From assembly GCA_947494155.1 (NCBI GenBank), contig CANLTW010000005.1, positions 1 to 64,000 of the forward strand: 64,000 nt of DNA. Direction: 5' to 3'. This stretch comes from Chlamydiota bacterium. GTDB taxonomy: Bacteria > Chlamydiota > Chlamydiia > Chlamydiales > RGXB01. Made by a program: the position numbers and the translations under genes. The notes beneath the pieces are model-generated. The model did no database searches, was not told where the DNA came from, and saw only the letters and a list, made by a program, of their open reading frames with translations. Of the stretch, positions 59,202 to 64,000 are shown piece after piece (position 1 is the first letter of the stretch; every line of letters starts with the position of its first letter).

Positions 59202-61424
59202 TTGAGACCCTTTTTGCATAGGATGAAAGAGTTAATACGCCTGAAATTTCCCTCCCTTTGGATAGGGGCCAATAGAGTCCGAACTCCAACTATTATTCAA
59301 ATGCAAAATGTCGAATGTGGCGCTGCTGCTTTAGCTATTATTCTCGGGTATTATAAATTGTTTGTCCCATTGGCTGAGCTGAGAGTTATATGCGGTGTCA
59401 CAAGGGACGGTACTTCGATAAAAGATATTGCGAATGCCGCCGAAACTTTTGGTCTTAAGACAGAGGGTCGAACGTACGAAATGGAGGATCTTGATAAAAT
59501 TCCTCTACCATGCATAGTGTACTGGAATTTTAACCATTATCTAGTTTTCGAGGGGATGGATAAGAATTTTATCTATGTAAATGATCCGGCGGGGGGGCCA
59601 AAAAGGGTCACGCGCGAGGTATTCGATGAGGGGTTTACCGGGTATGTTCTCACCTTTACACCTACGGAAAATTTTCAACCGAGGGGAAAACCGGATAATT
59701 TTCTAAACCTTTTGGTAAGGCGCTTGAAAGGATTTCATAAACCGATCCTATTTTTGTCGATTTGTAAAACGTGCCTTTTACTTCCCTGGTTTTTCATCCC
59801 GATTTCCACGCAGTTTTTTTATGACCAAGTGCTTGCGACCTCAAATGCACAAGCGGGATATTTGCTGATAGGACTATTATCAGCTGTTTTACTTGTCACA
59901 GTGTTATTGTATCTATTCGCTTATAACATGATACAGAAATTATTCACAAAAATGACCATAACTTCCACGACCTCATTTTTTTGGCATATCTTGAAGCTCC
60001 CCTTGCTTTTTTTCTCCCAAAGATCTACCGGGGAGATCGCTTGGAGATACACTTTAAACGAAATTGTATCTTCGGTGCTTTCCAGCCAATTTATCTATTT
60101 GGGTATAAATATTTTATTGCTGGTTTTTTACCTTTCTACCATTTTTTTATTTAGCGGCCCCATAGGTCTTTTAGCTTTGGTTTTAGGGGTGTTAAATGTC
60201 CTTGTGTTTTTTTTGATCAACCGCTCCCGCAAAGATGCGTTCACAGCGATGCAGCAGGAATATGGTAAAACTGTCGGTTACGCCTACAGTCTTTTAAGAT
60301 CTATCGAGGGAATAAAATCGGCCGGAAATGAGATGACCTCATTTGGAATTCTCAGCGGCTATTACGCAAAAATGACAAATGCGTCATTCAATATGCAATT
60401 TAAGACTCTCATCCTCACTATGTTTCCTACGGTATCTTTGCAGTTTGGGAGAACGGCTCTTTTAGCGATTGGGGCACTACAGATCTTAGATGGGGAACTC
60501 ACGGTTGGTATGCTGATCTCGTTGCAATCGTTTTTTTTCTATTTTATGACCCCCATAAACAAATTAATGAATGTCTCAAGCCAATTACAGACGATGTTTA
60601 TCGATATCAAAAGATTGAATGACGTGATGGACAATACCCCTGAAACGTTGCTTGAACGCCCCAAATGCATCGAAAATGGGGCATCTTTAGAAAATTTGAA
60701 GGGCTATGTGGAATTCATAGACGTTTCGTTTGGTTTCAGTAAAACAGAGGGGCCAAGAATAAAAAATATCAACCTCAAGTTAGAACCTGGTAAAAGAATC
60801 GGGCTTGTGGGGCCTGTTAGTTCTGGCAAAACAACAATAGCACGCCTGGCAGCAGGTTTATACAGTCCCTGGACAGGTCAAATCCTTTACGATGGTAAAC
60901 CGATCGAAGAAATCCCCAATGAGGTTTTTAGATCCTCTATTTCCTTTATAGATTCCTCTTTATTCTTTTTTGAGGAAACCATAAAAAACAACCTCACTTT
61001 TTGGGATGAGTTAGTGAGTGAGGAGGATTTGACGAAATCCTGTAAAGATGCTTGCATACACGACGTCATTATGAAGAGGAGCAAGGGCTACGAGAATGTG
61101 ATTTGCGAAGGGGGTACAGTTTTTAGCGGAGGCCAACGGCAAAGAATGGAAATAGCCCGGGGTTTAGCAAAGAACCCTACTGTTTTAATTACCGATGAGG
61201 TTTCCAGCGCCTTGGATTACAAAACTGAAGCTATGATAAGCCTCAATTTACGCACCAGAGGTTGCGCCTCGATCATTATAGCCCAAAGGCTTGCTACCGT
61301 AAAAGATTGTGACGAAATTATTGTCCTAAATAAGGGTGAGATAGTCCAAAGAGGGACGCATCAGGAGCTCATGCTTCAAGGTGGATACTACAAAGATTCA
61401 ATCTTAGCTGAGGTCATCGAATAG
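59202..61424 (+). CDS. NHLP-type ABC transporter, C39 peptidase/permease/ATPase
   Basis: RVRTPTIIQMQNVECGAAAL (catalytic Cys), WNFNHY (His), VNDPA (Asp), TM domain, FSGGQRQR. Confidence 0.92.
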   Translation: MRPFLHRMKELIRLKFPSLWIGANRVRTPTIIQMQNVECGAAALAIILGYYKLFVPLAELRVICGVTRDGTSIKDIANAAETFGLKTEGRTYEMEDLDKIPLPCIVYWNFNHYLVFEGMDKNFIYVNDPAGGPKRVTREVFDEGFTGYVLTFTPTENFQPRGKPDNFLNLLVRRLKGFHKPILFLSICKTCLLLPWFFIPISTQFFYDQVLATSNAQAGYLLIGLLSAVLLVTVLLYLFAYNMIQKLFTKMTITSTTSFFWHILKLPLLFFSQRSTGEIAWRYTLNEIVSSVLSSQFIYLGINILLLVFYLSTIFLFSGPIGLLALVLGVLNVLVFFLINRSRKDAFTAMQQEYGKTVGYAYSLLRSIEGIKSAGNEMTSFGILSGYYAKMTNASFNMQFKTLILTMFPTVSLQFGRTALLAIGALQILDGELTVGMLISLQSFFFYFMTPINKLMNVSSQLQTMFIDIKRLNDVMDNTPETLLERPKCIENGASLENLKGYVEFIDVSFGFSKTEGPRIKNINLKLEPGKRIGLVGPVSSGKTTIARLAAGLYSPWTGQILYDGKPIEEIPNEVFRSSISFIDSSLFFFEETIKNNLTFWDELVSEEDLTKSCKDACIHDVIMKRSKGYENVICEGGTVFSGGQRQRMEIARGLAKNPTVLITDEVSSALDYKTEAMISLNLRTRGCASIIIAQRLATVKDCDEIIVLNKGEIVQRGTHQELMLQGGYYKDSILAEVIE

Positions 61425-61426
61425 GT

Positions 61427-64000
61427 ATGAGCGATCAAATGTTTCTCTTTGAAAAATTGAAAGATTACAATCTCGAGGAGATTGGAATCGAGATCAATAA
61501 AAAAACTTTCTTTGATACGGAAGAGTGCTTTTGGCTTATTAAAGAGGGTATTGGCGGTCTCTTTTTGACAGAAAACATCCCCAATCCAGAGATAAAAGGG
61601 ATTGAAAAGGGGCAATTAAGATTTTTACGCCCCTTGAATCCTGGCGATCTTTTTTTTATAGCTACCGAGCGTCCCGATGAGCATCAAGGACTGGCCCTTT
61701 TCAATTTTACTCCGATGAAAATTTTAAAATTGACCCGCGGTAAAATTGAGGAAATCATTCATAAAGAACCCGATCTAAATATAGAGATCCTAAAGCTCAT
61801 AAATCGGACAATTTTAAATTACAGAAGATTATTTACAAAAAAAGAGTCTTTCAAAAATAACGACCTTTTGATTGATTTTGAGCAACCTGTTGAATTGGAG
61901 GCGAATCAAAGATTCGCTATCAAAAAAAAACCCCTATCAAACAATTTGGAACATGAGCACTGGATGGAAATTGTTGAGGGGCGATTGGATCTTGACTCCT
62001 CTTATACCTTAGACTGGGACAAAAATATTCAAATCTATCCCTATCTAGATACCTGGAGTCTGATCGCTTTAGAAAAAACAAAACTAAAGCCTTTGCCCCC
62101 CGAAAAGGTCCTGCTCCACCCCGGAGTTTGGCAGGCTTTCAACTGGATCCGTAATCGAGTTTTAGAAAGCGCCATCCATCACTATTTTCCAGAAAAGAAA
62201 AAGTTAGAGATAGAGTCTAGAGAAAAAAAAATCGCGCTGAAAAAGTATTCCATCACGAAAGGGTTAAAATCGTTTATTCCGAAAAAAAAGGATAGTAAAG
62301 GGGAACCTTTGGATAGTAAGGAGGCTGTCTATAAAGTTTGCAGCTGGATCGGACAAGAGATGGGTTTCACTTTCGAAAAACATTCTACTCCTCAAACGAA
62401 TCCTTTCCTTGAGATGAATGAAATTTGTGAAAAAAATGGGGTCCGATACAGAGAAATCAAACTTGAGGTTGGTTTTTGGTCCCATGATTGCCTCCCTATA
62501 TTTGCCCTAACAAAAAAGGGAAAGCCGGTAGCTCTATTAAATAATAGAGGGAAAAAATATTTTTTGCATGACCCCGAAACAGAAGATAAAGAACCCCTCT
62601 GCAATACTGTCATCGATAGACTACAAGAGAAAGGATACATTTTTTACATTCCGTTTCCCGAAAAGAATATGACGATTAAAGATATTCTGAAATTTTCATT
62701 TTCCGGAAATCTAAAAAGTTTTTATTATATTTTGTTTTTCGGAACTCTCGGAGGTATTCTTGCGGCAACGGTCCCCTTTTTGGTTCAATTCCTTTTTACA
62801 AATGTGATCCAATTGGGGCATAAAAGTCAGTACCTAGAGGTCATTCTAGCCCTTTTTTTAATTATTTTCAGCGGAATGATCTTGAATATCATCAATGGAC
62901 TCATTCTCATTCGGATGTCGACTCTTTTTTCTTTAAAAGTCGAGTCAGCTATTTGGGATAGGCTTTTAAAGCTCCCAGTAAACTTTTTCAAGAAATATCC
63001 TGTGGGGGATCTGATCCAAAGGGCCTCTTCCATCAGAGAGATACAAGAAAAATTTAGTCAATCCACCTCAAACATTCTTTTAACAGGATTTTTCTCTCTA
63101 TTCTATTTTTTTGCTATGTATTACATCTATCACAAATTAGCCATATTGGGTTTGTGTATCGTCTCAGTTGTTGCCGCGGTAAACTCTTTTCTTTTGATTA
63201 ATAAAGTACTTATCCAGAGAAAAGTACTCGAATTAAACGGCTTCATCAATAGTGTAATTTCTCAAGTAATTTCCGGTATTTCCAAGATCAGATCGCATGG
63301 TGCAGAAGCTTACGCTTTTGAGTACTGGTGTCCGTTTTTTTCTAAACAGCGACTTTTATTAAAAAAATCTCTGATTTTAACAAACTTCGTAGAAATTCTA
63401 GCAAGTATTGTCCCTATTGTCTCTTATTTAATATTTTTTGGAGTGATTACAAAATATCTCATCTCGACTACTGATCATATTCAAGATTATATATTCACGA
63501 TTGGAAAGCTTGCAGGTTTTTTTTCTGCTTATCTCCCGTTTGCTCTTGGGATCACAAATTTAGTGCAAATTTTCATGGATTTAGCTCAGGTCATCCCTTT
63601 ATGGGAAAGGGCACAGTGTATTTTAAAAGGGGAAATAGAGTCTGAGAAGGATAAAATCAAGGTGGACGATCTGGAGGGTTTGGTGACTGTGGATAACGTC
63701 ACCTTCAGCTACGGGAAAGATTTACCTTATATATTGGAAAATATCTCGCTCCAGTTTTATCCAGGAGAGTTTGTTGCTATAGTCGGAGCTTCGGGTTGCG
63801 GAAAATCAACATTAGTCAGGATTCTTCTGGGTTTTGAGACGCCTCAGATAGGCACTGTTTTTTTCGATAATCAGGACATTCTCACTCTCAATAAAAGAGA
63901 ACTGAGGCGTAAACTTGGCGTAGTACTTCAAAATGGTTCCATTTTTACAGGAACTATCTATCAGAATATAATTTGTGGCGGCCTCTACTCAAAAGAAGAC
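61427..64000 (+). CDS. NHLP-type ABC transporter permease/ATPase (second subunit; truncated by window end; not in ORF track)
   Basis: ATG 61427 (MSDQMFLFEK...) lies 2 nt after the previous stop. The same frame at the window end reads GASGCGKST...LRRKLGVVLQNG. I checked the ends by hand; the middle is inferred open because the track lists no complete ORF there. Confidence 0.85.
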   Translation, partial: MSDQMFLFEKLKDYNLEEIGIEINKKTFFDTEECFWLIKEGIGGLFLTENIPNPEIKGIEKGQLRFLRPLNPGDLFFIATERPDEHQGLALFNFTPMKILKLTRGKIEEIIHKEPDLNIEILKLINRTILNYRRLFTKKESFKNNDLLIDFEQPVELEANQRFAIKKKPLSNNLEHEHWMEIVEGRLDLDSSYTLDWDKNIQIYPYLDTWSLIALEKTKLKPLPPEKVLLHPGVWQAFNWIRNRVLESAIHHYFPEKKKLEIESREKKIALKKYSITKGLKSFIPKKKDSKGEPLDSKEAVYKVCSWIGQEMGFTFEKHSTPQTNPFLEMNEICEKNGVRYREIKLEVGFWSHDCLPIFALTKKGKPVALLNNRGKKYFLHDPETEDKEPLCNTVIDRLQEKGYIFYIPFPEKNMTIKDILKFSFSGNLKSFYYILFFGTLGGILAATVPFLVQFLFTNVIQLGHKSQYLEVILALFLIIFSGMILNIINGLILIRMSTLFSLKVESAIWDRLLKLPVNFFKKYPVGDLIQRASSIREIQEKFSQSTSNILLTGFFSLFYFFAMYYIYHKLAILGLCIVSVVAAVNSFLLINKVLIQRKVLELNGFINSVISQVISGISKIRSHGAEAYAFEYWCPFFSKQRLLLKKSLILTNFVEILASIVPIVSYLIFFGVITKYLISTTDHIQDYIFTIGKLAGFFSAYLPFALGITNLVQIFMDLAQVIPLWERAQCILKGEIESEKDKIKVDDLEGLVTVDNVTFSYGKDLPYILENISLQFYPGEFVAIVGASGCGKSTLVRILLGFETPQIGTVFFDNQDILTLNKRELRRKLGVVLQNGSIFTGTIYQNIICGGLYSKED

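Overview
Gene-dense bacterial chromosome segment, almost certainly from an environmental member of the Chlamydiota. Support: the chlamydial gene order rpmE-prfA-prmC-ffh-rpsP-trmD-rplS-rnhB-gmk-(rpoZ)-metG/recD2, a copN-scc1-malQ type III secretion block, and rpsO divergent from tadA. The left ~22 kb is accessory-rich: large orphan effector-like proteins, a tandem SDR duplication, a MacAB/TolC-like efflux operon and a eukaryote-type sterol delta-7 reductase. The middle is mostly housekeeping, with inserted alr and elbB genes and a ~61-bp intergenic tandem repeat. The right end carries an NHLP-type peptidase-containing ABC export system that runs off the window. The most striking candidate is a translationally coupled pair of tadA plus a catalytically dead tadA paralogue with complementary motif losses, resembling the eukaryotic ADAT2/ADAT3 heterodimer. 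I also found two coding regions absent from the ORF track: a 49-aa omega-like ORF (28080-28229) and a truncated ABC gene (61427-64000). No tRNA, rRNA, CRISPR-cas or transposase was recognised. All family calls are by eye from motifs and remembered gene order, not from database searches.
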